A DNA stretch of 64,000 nucleotides, taken from contig JAHLTZ010000013.1 in the NCBI GenBank assembly GCA_025786725.1, positions 310,001-374,000 on the forward strand, in the 5' to 3' direction. How positions within the stretch are numbered: the first letter of the stretch is position 1; each line of letters begins with the position of its first letter. A program made the translations under genes and the position numbers. Positions 27,829 through 39,153 of the stretch are shown piece by piece. A model generated the notes under the pieces. It was not told the origin of the DNA. It saw only the letters and a list, made by a program, of their open reading frames with translations, and did not search any database. Origin of the DNA: Syncephalis fuscata S228. Its lineage: Eukaryota > Fungi > Zoopagomycota.

Positions 27829-28795
27829 ATGGAAGATTACTACGATATTGATAGCATTCTTTCAGAACAGCAGGTATAGTTATAGTTTCTGTGTAGTATA
27901 ACAGCCTTTACTGAACCTATTATTGTTTAACAAATGCTTATAGAGAATTCCTTGTGAGATGATAATTGAAGGAACCCAACTTGGCTTTCTTGACAACAAT
28001 CCAGGCGAGGACGTGAGTATTGAGCGTTGTATCAACAATATATTCGCCTGAACCTGTTCTATATAGATACCTAAAGGGTCATTGGTGGAATTACCACTAT
28101 GGCTGGCTGGTATATTAGTTATGAGGTGGGTGAATGTTTGCACTGCTAAACGAATACTGACAATAGCACAATATTAAGCGAGCAAGTCGATATTAACATG
28201 CCCAAAGCTTACGGAAACTCCGTGCGTAGCAGCATGAAAGCATCAACGGCCAACATTGACCTACAACGACTTGGTCCTTATTATTATCTATTTGGTGGCA
28301 AGTTAACCAACATGTATCCTTACTATAAGCAATGGTCGCTATTACATTAGTAGATGATTAGATAGATAGATTTATTAGAGTAATTGATTTAATTCGAATT
28401 TATTACTATTAGTATAGATGACGTGGATCTACAGAAACTATTGGCAAACACCTTTCGTGAACGTCTTGGTTTAATTATGGACTATGCTCATGGCCGTATG
28501 GGAGCCGAACAAATGGCCATGTTTACACGGATGGATCACACAGAACGCGATTGTAAGTAACATTATTATTATTAATAACAATATACCGCCTTCTATTACT
28601 ATTAATACTAATGCTATAATGGACAGTGTATCGTATTGGACAACACAGTGCCAATTTATTCCAGCGATGGCATCGACGTGAATTAGATCACGAAGAGGGA
28701 TTGGAAGGATCGGCCATTTCAACAGCACTGGTAACAACACCACTCAAGCGACCAGCTTCTATGATGTAACACCGTCAGAATATGCTATTCAGTAG
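27829..28795 (+). CDS. PSF3: GINS complex subunit Psf3
   Basis: MEDYYDIDSILSEQQ|RIPCE..GFLDNNPGED|IPKGSLVELPLWLA, ANIDLQRLGPYYYLFG, LANTFRERL, MDHTERDLYRIG..FQRW. Built from small exons that the ORF track misses. Confidence 0.9.
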
Positions 28796-29053
28796 AAGTG
28801 AAGGAAAAAGTATGGTCTTTTGTATAGTTATAAAATAGCCAACATGGGTGAGACCCTTGTCAAATTAGAATAAATAGGCCATTAGTTGGTGGTAATTATT
28901 TTTGCTTTTTATCTTTTCTTTCTCTTCTTCTTTACTATTATCGTTTTTACTTGTACCTATATCTATATCTATTCTGTTACTTTTGCCGTCTATTAACAAA
29001 GACTATGTTGTGTAAGTCCCCTGCTGCTGGTTTATGCTATGATTGTTTATGTC

Positions 29054-29142
29054 GATGGCTACGATGATTAAAATACATTTCAAACTAGAGTATCTGATGG
29101 GCTACCATGCCTTTTGATTACTTTTTTTTCTACTGAGCCATC
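29054..29142 (+). ncRNA. snR78: Box C/D snoRNA snR78 (25S Um2421 equivalent)
   Basis: Terminal stem GATGGC/GCCATC; box C ACGATGA; guide TCAAACTAGAGT complementary to LSU ACUCUAGUUUGA; D' CTGA 29094 places +5 on the U of GAC-U-CUAG; box D CTGA 29133. Confidence 0.9.
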
Positions 29143-29300
29143 TACATCATCATATCATTTGATTTGTATATGTGCAAGATTGCTAACAACTGTTACTATT
29201 GACTATAGATCTCTATCTGAATGTATGATGGTCAATGGTCTTCCATGGTGTCTATAATGTAAGTTATTGTAACTATATGCATGCGTTTTGCCATTCTATC

Positions 29301-29385
29301 TGTCATATGATGATTTATCAATCTAAGTTGGAATTACCGTCCGAAATTGTTATGAGGATATGATTGCGGCTGATAACTGATGACA
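29301..29385 (+). ncRNA. snR77: Box C/D snoRNA snR77 (18S Um578 equivalent)
   Basis: Stem TGTCA/TGACA; box C ATGATGA; guide TGGAATTACCG complementary to SSU CGGUAAUUCCA; D' CCGA 29341 places +5 on the U after G577; box D CTGA 29377. Confidence 0.92.
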
Positions 29386-29551
29386 TTTGTTGTATTCACT
29401 TCTGTGTGTATGTCATTGAACAATTTACTAATTGAAGATGTTTATAGTAGTCCAAGATATGCCTTATGGTCTTTTTATACATGCTACTTTGTATATAATG
29501 ATGGTAGGTACCTGTTGAGTGTGCATGTATGGCTGTGTATATAAGAGAATA

Positions 29552-29644
29552 TGAAAATGATGACCAGCACTGGGCACTGAATAACAGTGATGCCAAAATG
29601 TGTTATGCCACCAACACTTTGACATTATGGTGGTTCCTGATTCA
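29552..29644 (+). ncRNA. snR76: Box C/D snoRNA snR76 (25S Cm2197 equivalent)
   Basis: Box C ATGATGA 29557; guide AGCACTGGGCA complementary to LSU UGCCCAGUGCU; D' CTGA 29577; C' GTGATGC; extra element CACTTTGACATT complementary to AAUGUCAAAGUG; box D CTGA 29637; extended stem AAGAGAA/TTCTCTT. Confidence 0.93.
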
Positions 29645-29812
29645 CATTTTCTCTTAAACTGTCAAATCGGTTATTGTTGAATAGTAATAATAGCATTTAT
29701 GCTAACCATTTACTATGTTGTAGATATACACTATGGCTGTAGCCATCGTCTGCTGGATCAATTAATACACTATGGTGGTAAGTAACTAGTCTATTGTATT
29801 GCTTTTTCTTTT

Positions 29813-29904
29813 TGGATGTGATGAGCCTTTAGATGACGAGTCTGATTTGAGCTTCTCAATGATTACTCCACTTTTATTTTACATTCATGCAACCTTCTGA
29901 TCCA
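29813..29904 (+). ncRNA. snR75: Box C/D snoRNA snR75 (25S Gm2288 equivalent)
   Basis: Stem TGGA/TCCA; box C GTGATGA; guide TTAGATGACGAG complementary to LSU CUCGUCAUCUAA; D' CTGA 29842; extra element CATTCATGC complementary to GCAUGAAUG; box D CTGA 29897. Confidence 0.93.
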
Positions 29905-30052
29905 TTTACAACTATCTCTTTATTCTGTATTGCTCTACCGTAATCAGTTATACTAATGAATGTTTTCTAGATGTATTATGACATGCCATGCTGGCTATCA
30001 AGTAAATTGGTTTAATTACTTGGTAAGTAGACATTCGGTCATACTTGTAAAC

Positions 30053-30128
30053 ATGTGCAGATGATGTATTTCTATTTGACAAGCATATATCTGCATCTAT
30101 TGTGGACAATAAATAGTCTGATGCGCAT
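30053..30128 (+). ncRNA. snR74: Box C/D snoRNA snR74 (18S Am28 equivalent)
   Basis: Stem ATGTGCA/TGCGCAT; variant box C ATGATGT; guide GACAAGCATAT complementary to SSU AUAUGCUUGUC; variant D' CTGC 30091 places +5 on A28; box D CTGA 30118. Confidence 0.88.
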
Positions 30129-30288
30129 TGTTTTGCATGTAACCTTTTAAATATTAGCTTTGTTGCTAACACTGGCTTTATAGCTGTAACAATGATGCTC
30201 TTTATGATGACACCGAAAGTGGACTGGCCGCTATTATACAGGGTAAGTATCGAGTGGACTGTACAAACAAGAGATAATATATAAAAGT

Positions 30289-30371
30289 TGGAATGATGAG
30301 CTCTTTATTCACGACGGTCTTATGATAAACATAATTATGATTCAATGGCCTGTTTGGCATTTTCTGATCCA
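30289..30371 (+). ncRNA. snR73: Box C/D snoRNA snR73 (25S Cm2959 equivalent)
   Basis: Stem TGGA/TCCA; box C ATGATGA 30293; guide TCACGACGGTCT complementary to LSU AGACCGUCGUGA; D' ATGA 30322 places +5 on the first C of GACC; box D CTGA 30364. Confidence 0.92.
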
Positions 30372-30525
30372 TCTTTTATAGATTAAAAGATTAAGAAATG
30401 ATATGGATGTGTGTGTGTGGGATGGCTATTGTTTTATTAATAGTATACTAACCAACACTCATTGGCAATTATTAGTGTGTGCAAGCTATTTTATTATTAA
30501 ATTATTATATTCACTATTTTCTTGT

Positions 30526-31901
30526 CTACTGTGTATTTTCTTCAGCTTCTTCAGCTCTTATTTTAGCCTCTAATCTGGCTCGTTCTGCTTGTCGCATGCG
30601 CATAAGTGTTAATGTTTCATAGTCGTTAGATGATAGTTTTGGTGCACTTGTAAATGAGAATGACTGCAATGGTACAAAATGTCAATTAAATTGTTGCTGA
30701 TGATAAGTACTATTGTATGTATTTATCACATATCTTACCTTGACTCCTGTTGTTTTGTTGCTTTCACCTGATTCCTTTGGCAAACCAGAAGCAGGTGGCG
30801 TTTGCTTTAGTTGTTGTACCAATGCTGGTTCCTCGCCACCAGCCCAACTTAATGTAAATGGCTCCAAGGGTGAATCTGGTAGATCTGCTTTGGTCATAGC
30901 GGCATGCTAAAGTTGTTATACAGATTAGCTTACAATTGCTAATACGTGTGCCATCCATTACTAACCGCTCCGTTGATTGTTTTAAATGCAACTAAAGCAC
31001 TTTTCTTCTTTTTTGTCGATATTAATACATGTTCTAGTTCGCCGTAATGTCCAAACAACTTGGTCAAACTCTCCTCTGTAAATAATTGTTTTTTTAATTT
31101 ACAACGCACTTTTAGCGTTGTATCAGTATCCTCTAACCATCATTGTTGTTATGTGGCAATACATTATTATATACTCGTTCACTTACTGGATGCTACCGTT
31201 TCCGACGCTGCTGCTTTATTAGCTGCAGCTACTCTAGCCGATTCTTCCCGTTCATGCTGTTCCCGTTCTAGTCTTGCCGCATCAGCCTGTAGTCTCGCAA
31301 CCTAATAAACCATTACATTTTGCTATAAATGCTGTATTACTATATAATATAGCTACACTACTTACCTCGGCCCACATACGAGCTTCCTCTTGTTTCGCTT
31401 CAGTTTTTTGCCGCTTTACATCTTCTTCTCGTTCTTCCAGCTCTGTAATCGTGCTGTGTTAGTCACTATTCTAAAAAGTCTTTGCAAACAAAGTAAACAA
31501 ACCTCTTTCATACGCTGTCGCTCTGAATCCATAGCAGCCGTGCGCTGCGTTCGTTTGTGCCGAGCGGCATGAATGTTTAGATATTTTCGACGTGTTTCCG
31601 GATCCTTTAGTGCCTCGTAGGCCTTGGTCAGCTTTAGAAATATCTTAGCTACTCAGCAAATGTGCAATCATGCACAGTAGTTGGTTAGTTGTATTGAAAT
31701 GCTAAGCAGGCGTGCTGATAGCACTAAGTGTGTGGCCGTACGATAACAGCATTGAATTCGTAACTTACCCGCTGCATGATCATTCGGATTCTTGTCAGGA
31801 TGATACCGCAGAGCTTTACTGCGGTAGGCGCTACGTATAGCACGCTCATCCGCGTCCGCCGTCACCTCCAGTAAAGCAAAGTAATCACAGGTCTCCTCCA
31901 T
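30526..31901 (-). CDS. CWC23: J-domain plus RRM spliceosomal co-chaperone Cwc23/DNAJC17
   Basis: DYFALLEV..IRSAYRSKALRYHPDKNP (HPD motif), coiled-coil, TLKVRCKLK..LTKLFGHYGELEHVL (RRM-like), C-terminal DYETLTLMRMRQAERARL. Confidence 0.85.
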
Positions 31902-32697
31902 GTAAGTAGATGTAACAAGAATGTGAAAAAAAACATATTGTATTTGTTCTATTTCAGTTTTTTGTCTTTATTAAATACATGCACGAAACATGCCATTAGA
32001 ATATGACTAATTAACATACAGCGTCACTTGTCAATTATTATTGTTGATTTTTTAAATAAACAACACATTTAATTATATGGCAGTAATGGGTATTTGACAG
32101 AAAGAAAAGCTTAGTGGTGATATCATCATCTAGTTGTATTAAATATACAAATCATTCACTTTTATGAATATGCTAATAACACAAACAGAATGTATTATAT
32201 GTGCTATGTATATCAGTAGATTAGTGAGATAATCTACAATCTAATAATCATTTCAATGTACTTGTATTTAAATCAATAGTATTTTAGTGGTTACGATAAG
32301 ATTTGATAGGTTGTAAAACTTATTATAAAAGCATATAGCTATACTCTTTTAACATTGAATTAATAGGTTTTAATGATCAACTAGTATTTTCTTTCTTTGC
32401 TGCTTCTATTTATCATTTTATTTGGTTACACAATGCTAAAAGAAAACCTAAACAGAGAAATACAAATACATATGGACATTAATTAATAATAAATGAGAAT
32501 TGGTAATTTTACATTCTATTCTTATTCGCTTTAATAGTATAATATCCATAACAGTTAATAATAATAATCAAATTGCAATAAAATTATATTAGGTTAAAAA
32601 CCAATATTTGTTAATTGTTAGTTCTATGTATGAAACTAATTTATTAGTACTTTTATGATAAAAATAACAATTACTACCTAGCAATGGATGGCAGACG

Positions 32698-33809
32698 TTA
32701 GCCAGAAGACGAGTTAAAAACTTCGTATGAAGGTAGACTTTCTGGTACGTATGGAGGAGGGTTTCCTGGTATGTATAAAGGAAGGTTTTTTGGTACGTAT
32801 TTCAGGCGATGGCATTCATCCAATAAATATGAATAGTATGCATAAGTATTTAGACCACCAATTCTATAAAAATATTTGACTATTTTTTCAACATTGCGAT
32901 TAACATGTCTTATAAAATTTTCAAATTTTGGATTGACTTGTCCAAACTAGGAATAGCTTCTGTCTTATAAAAATATGGCAACAAAATATTTCCTTTTACA
33001 TCCACACATACAGCTAGTAGTTTGTCATTATTAGAATATAATCTATTGTTTGTAGTTTATAACTTACTTTCGTCATAGAAATTGTACATCCAACCTTTGG
33101 CTTTTAAATATCGTAAAGCTAGATGGTGACGTCAGTATGTATTAAATACGTAGTTGTTACTATTACCTGAAATAAACTGTTTTGCTGCTTTGAAAGCCAG
33201 CTCTTCTTCATCTATTTTATCTTTGATTTTTTGTCCAAATTCATAATAGTTCATGGCACAACGTGACATGCTAACATAGCAATGCATATTATGTATGGGG
33301 AAATCATGTACAGCATGGGCCACATATTGTTTTCCTCTGGCTGCTTTTGAATCCATAAACCTGGATTCATATTTAAAACTCTAAATATTATATAGTATTA
33401 GTGGATATCAATGATGTTAATGTAAATTTTTCACCTGGTAAACAACATGAATGATTTTAAGATCTTGGGATGCCGTAGCTGGATTTGTTGTTACACATGT
33501 AAGCAAAGCTTTCTCTTTCTTGTACAATACTTCCGCATAGCCGATGTCTGAGTCTTGGCTGATTACGTGTTCAAGTTTAATATCAGATTGATTAAATAGA
33601 GCCTTTGCTTTTTTTGACTGGCCATAAAAATGTTCCACTGGTGCTTTTATTTACAAAAAAACATCAGCTTGTAATTGTAACAATACAGCAGACTACTTAC
33701 CTTTAGAAAAGCCAAACAAACCGGGACCTGCTGTGGCAGTGTGCGCAGTCGACACTAGTAATAGTGCGCCGGTAGCTGCAAGAATGAGCGTATTAATCTT
33801 GAAAAACAT
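32698..33809 (-). CDS. Secreted protein with degenerate protein-kinase-like fold (pseudokinase); 3' end interrupted by frameshifts
   Basis: Signal peptide MFFKINTLILAATGALLLVSTAHTATA. Spliced core includes AKQFISALRYLKAKGWMYNFYDETVCVDVKGKYFVAIFYK, which resembles kinase subdomains VIa-VII without HRD or DFG. In-frame stop at 32910; a downstream frame ends ...LPLYIPGNPPPYVPESLPSYEVFNSSSG*. Confidence 0.65.
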
Positions 33810-35946
33810 GAGAAAATGTAATTCAAGTATTGCAAGACAAGTAGGTCGTTAAAAAACGTAAAATTTGATGTATGGGGATGGTGTATAGCTAAATTTTGTT
33901 CAAATACAATGGCAATTGTTTGTAGTAGTTTATGCCAACAATATCAAATGCAGCTTGCATAGAATAATAAATCTTAATATTGATTTTATATTGATTTATG
34001 TCATACGAGTAAATTGCGTGTTTGATGCTTATGCCATTGTAAATACAAAACAAAAACAAATTTTTAAATTTTCGTCAAAATTGTCTAAGTCCTATTGAAC
34101 TTTAAATATAAACGTGTTAAATTACTTTTATTATCTTTTCTTATTAAACTAAAAATAAATTGCTTAGAACATTCTAGAAACACTAAATTTAAGGGCGTTC
34201 TAGCACATGTAGCAAATACTTATACATATTAGGAATAAGAACATTCTGTTTTTAAAAGTAACATGCTTTCAAAATAGTACAGAAAATTAAACTAGCAATT
34301 GACAGAACCATGGAAACAAAAAAAATCTTTTTAGAATTTGCAATTACAAAACTTAATCCTGCATAGTACGGATAACTATTAAAGATTACTATATGACAAT
34401 ATTTCAAATAAACCAATTTAACTAAATATTTTTATTATTATTTAAATGTGCGTGCATTTTATATTGTTATGGCGACTTATTTTTAGAAACGTATAGTCGC
34501 ACAAAGTATAAAAAGATAAATGAATAAAAAGATACCAATAGAAATAGAGCATCCAGGTATAGTTTGGCAGGCTTTAAAACGAAAGCATTTGTAACGGGTA
34601 AATGTTCACTTTTCTATACTAGCTATCAATGGTCTATTATTCAGTATGCTAAATTATTGCGTTTTTCTAGTACCATGCTGCATTTTAGCCGTTAAAACAG
34701 CACTTGAGCTAGTGTTTAAACAATTTATACCGCGTCTAACATAGAAGGTGTGCTATGTTAACTTTTCTGCATTTAATAGATTTCCAATAGCTTATAATTT
34801 TTTTAGTTTTTTTGTTACTTTTTTAAACTTGCTACCAATAGACAGCCTGTTTAGTAACCATGTGTATTATTTTGCCAACAATTGTTGTTAGTTATCGCCG
34901 CACCACTATGTAGTTTAATTTTGAGACTTACTCTATCATTATGCTTACTTATTCTACGCTGTCAAAACTACTATGCTTAATAACTGGCCTTTAATAAAGC
35001 GCGTATATAAACTACATCCAAACTTGCTGGATTGTGTATTTTATAAAAAAGCTAAGTGTTTTTATGGCTTCTTTGTTTATGTTGCCATAATTTGATTTTT
35101 GGTTTGCACTATAATCATGTTTAGCATTTGACGCAATAATATAAGCTATGTCAAGTGCTGTTTATTTACATATAGTTTATCGTTGAATGCTAATTCACGC
35201 ATGACATTTCAATTCCGTTTGATGTGCTCGTAGACAAGTACCGGTTATAATGATCGATATCGAATATAAATGAATACATTTCCTATTTTGTCCAATGGTT
35301 TCAATAACAGGTTATAAGACGTTACAAATTTAATAATCGGGTCTGCCATTAGCTGGTATTTGGGGATATATATTGTGATACTCTGAAGTTGTTTTAACAT
35401 CCTTGTTTCGAAACTTGTTGAAGCTGCAAGAGACTTTGCTAGCTGGGTGTGTGTAGTAAATAGTTGTTGGTTTACAACTGGTTTAGTGTTTGAAATGGAT
35501 TTCTGTTTTGAATTAGTTAGAAATAGCTACTTTTCATTTGATAGTCTCAGCTATTGTTATTTAATATTATTATTTTAGTATAAGCAATGGCAATATCAAC
35601 ACTATTTGCCGTGCTTAAGCATCAAGCACAAAGAATAATATCAAATGAAGCCTTACAAGATGGCACAAGAAAGAACGGTGGATGGTGTATCGGATTAACA
35701 CAAAAGATCATTGCAACTTCAAACCACCCTATTGTTTCAAACTTGCTACGTTGTCCAGCATTCAGTATAAATATTTCGTCAGGCAAGTAACTAATGTCCA
35801 CGTACTACAAATCATCATCTTTTTGTTTAATTGCTGGCATTTAGGCATTTTATTGTGTTATCACTTGGTTATCGCTATTATCACAGACACTTATTTTTTT
35901 AATTTCTTGCCATTTTATTATTCTCATTAGCTGCGCTACTAACAAG

Positions 35947-36563
35947 ATGCAATTCAAAATTCGTACTATCATTACCGCCATTTTAATAGGCATTTTGAAA
36001 CCTTTTGCTGTTTAATTTTAGTTTGTGGAAGGCAGCGAGTTTGCCACTGCCGACTCACCCGATTTAAGTAGCCCACAATGCCAAGCTGCTATCAAACAAC
36101 TGGATCAAGATTTCAATATGTTGGAAACTTGCTATCCGATGCAATCACTTTTTCATCAAACTATTCCATATCTCTGCGACACACCGTGCTTCGACACCAC
36201 TGTCAGAGCCTCTAAAGCTCTGATAAATGCTTGTGGTATTACTATGGACTCTTCCCCCGGTGTTATCCTTACTATCTTTGGAGCCATCACCGTGCTGCTT
36301 CCGCCGTTTGCTCCAAAGATACCCAGGACGACTTTTGCATGAATGTTCTATTCCGCGTAGCAACCAATCTATCATTCCATAATTTGTCAACTAACAAAAA
36401 CAAAACAATGGTGGAGCTTCTAGAATGCAACAATCCTTGCATTGGTAGAATCTACCGAAGTGTTCGCGGCGACAGCAAACGTGTACCATATGTATACTTT
36501 AATATGATTACTGAGCATGAAGCTCTATTTCAAGCCATTGATACATACTGCTATATGGAATAA
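35947..36563 (+). CDS. Secreted cysteine-rich protein of about 200 aa (two apparent frameshifts)
   Basis: Hydrophobic leader MQFKIRTIITAILIG, then ORFs 36025-36342 and 36231-36563: SPQCQAAI..ETCYP..LCDTPCFD..INACG / AVCSKD..FCMN..LECNNPCIG..TYCYME* (about 10 Cys). Confidence 0.6.
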
Positions 36564-36928
36564 TAATGCTTATTAGTGTTTATTTAGTTCTTTATCCTAA
36601 TCAATTTTTAAGAAATAATACATATAAAATTTACATGTAATTCTGGTCGAGTCACACAAACAATAACTAATGTTTTTGGGACAACTATTATAATAAATAT
36701 AAAAATACAGCATACTTATTCTGCGCAAAAATGATCAATGTAGTTAATAAACATTACTAGAGTGTCAACATTAATATTTGATTAATTTTATTATACCATT
36801 CAAATTTAATAAAACAGCTATTAGCTATTTAAAAAAATGTCATTGTATTCATTATTTCAAAAACATATATAAATCTATCTATATTTATTCAGCATTTATG
36901 TTTACCATCTACTATTGTATTTTTCATT

Positions 36929-39017
36929 CTATTTGCCAATACAAAACTCGCGAAAGATAACATCAAGTACTTCTTCAACATCGACACGACCAGTAATTCG
37001 TCCAAGCGCATGAGCAGCATGTCGAAGATCTTCTGCTGCCAAAACAATGTCATGTGGCGATTTCTCTATAACACTCGTTAGTATTACCATTGGCAATGGG
37101 TGCCAACCTAGTAGTATTACCTAGAAATGTAGCCAGTGCATTTATACAGGCCTGAAGATTTGTACGTGCCTTGCTTGAGTAATAAGTATATTATTACCAG
37201 CATTGATATCAAATCTAAAATACAAACAATAACCACACTTAGTATGTAGTTTAAACAATTTTAACCGAACAAAGGTTACCTAGATGCTAAATAGCGCTGA
37301 AACCAGAGAAAAAACTTAGAAATGCCACTTTCTGTCTGACAAGAAATAACATGTATATTTTCAAGAGGTAGACGAGTAGCTAGTATTGCTTGACATTCTT
37401 GTGTAATTTGTTCTACATTATTTTCCAACAGCAAATCCGACTTATTTAAAAGAATAATAGTATCAGATGATATGGCCTCCATAACGATCTTGTCTATGCT
37501 TAAAGCTGCTTTCTGCATTTGTTTATGCATATCGGTAATATCCAGTAAACATAGCTTTATATCACCCGATGTAATACTAATAACGTAGTGTCACATAATC
37601 AAGACGCTAATTAGTTCCATTGATACATATCACTGTAATCGATAAACACTTACCGTTCATGAGCCCGTCGAATACCCTCCATTTCAATGGTGTCATTTGA
37701 CACGCGTAATCCTGCTGTATCACCCACCACTAGTGGGTATCCACCAATATTGATTGTACACTCGACAATATCGCGAGTAGTACCAGGAATAGGCGATACA
37801 ATGGCCGCTTGTCGACGTGCTAAATAATATATCAGTATAGTGATATATAAATAAACAATAAATGGCTATTCTTTAACTGCGCTGTATCACTAATAACTTA
37901 CCAAGTAAATTTAATAAGCTACTTTTACCCGCATTAGGAGGTCCAAATATTGTTAAATGAATACCTGCACGTAATATTTCTCCACGACGATGATCATCCA
38001 ACTGTTTACGTATAGCATCCATCATATTCTGTACCTTTACCGTCACTATCCTCGTTATCCGTCAAATATTACTATAATTATTACAGCTATGGCCATAACT
38101 CATCTACCTTGTTCGTAAATGCCCTCTTCAATGCCTTCATCTTCACCAAAATCAATAATAGCTTCAATAAGTGCTTGTGACTCAATAATCCTTTGACGCC
38201 ATTGATCAAGCTGACTACGCAACGCTCCCTAACCCATATCCATCATAGTCAATTAACAGCTACTAGTAATCGTCATTCTATTTACCCCTGCTTGTCGTAA
38301 TGCTAATCGACGCTGTGCTTCTGTTTCGGCATTAATTAAATCAGCCAATCCTTCAATTTCAGTAAGATCAAGTTTATTATTTTCAAATGCTCTAATACAC
38401 AAAACACCACCCTATAGTTATCCACCTATTTAATGGTTATTATTCATGTCCTCCACCTACCGTTGGGCAAATTCACCGCGTTCTGCTACTCTAAACTGTT
38501 TTAGTGTAGACAGCGCATCTAATACACCACTCATTACGGCATTACCACCATGAACATGCAATTCCACCGTATCTTCACCGGTAAAACTTTTAGGACGAGG
38601 AAACCAAAGTAAAAGACTGCGATCCAATAGTTCTTTAGTTGTGGGATGTCGCAGTTTACAGAAAATCGCTTTACGCGGCTCTACACTAGCCCGACCACCT
38701 ATTGTTTCTATAACCTAACATTGACATCCATATATCCATATATTCATATATATATTAGTATTGTTATTTATAATTTACAGAATAATTGCTACCTTATTTG
38801 CTTCTGGTCCTGAGACACGAATTACCGCTACACCTGCCTTACTAGCACCAGAAGATAACGCGTAAACAGTATCAGTAGTGGCATGGGCCGTTGAATAGTA
38901 TTGCTTCAAGTAATTACGACTACTATATCGATGATAGTAATGGGCCGTATTATTTAATATACTCTTCGGTAATCTACCAAGTGTCAATAGTATTACAGGT
39001 GTCTTCAAGTGGGACAT
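36929..39017 (-). CDS. MSS1: Mitochondrial tRNA-modification GTPase MnmE/Mss1/GTPBP3
   Basis: [85 protein letters not shown]-terminal FREFCIGK*. Confidence 0.95.
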
Positions 39018-39153
39018 GATGTATTAAAATAAAGAATGATATAGATTTAATTTTGTTTTCACTCCATCAACAGTGTGATTAATTCTCGTCTTTTTTCTTT
39101 TACAACACTTTTGCATTGATCTGCTCACTCTAGTGGACAACAACGACGACACG

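Larger units (their letters stand above)
28930..30510 (+). ncRNA. Spliced non-coding snoRNA host gene (snR78-snR73 cluster); transcript ends approximate
   Basis: Six introns: 29012-29208, 29259-29447, 29504-29723, 29778-29970, 30023-30183, 30243-30475. They have GTA(A/G)GT donors, CTAAC/CTAAT branch points and TAG acceptors. Internal exons are 50-59 nt with no long ORF (the ATG at 29005 gives MLYLYLNV*). Each intron has one C/D snoRNA. Confidence 0.9.

Noticed and set aside
28760-28795. ATGATGT...CGTCAGAA as a possible snR72
   Set aside because: Lies in the last PSF3 coding exon; the match is only about 8 nt, with no D/D' box or terminal stem.
29005-29230. Protein-coding or selenoprotein reading of the snoRNA host exons
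   Set aside because: The spliced ORF is 8 codons, later exons show no sustained frame, and no SECIS is evident.
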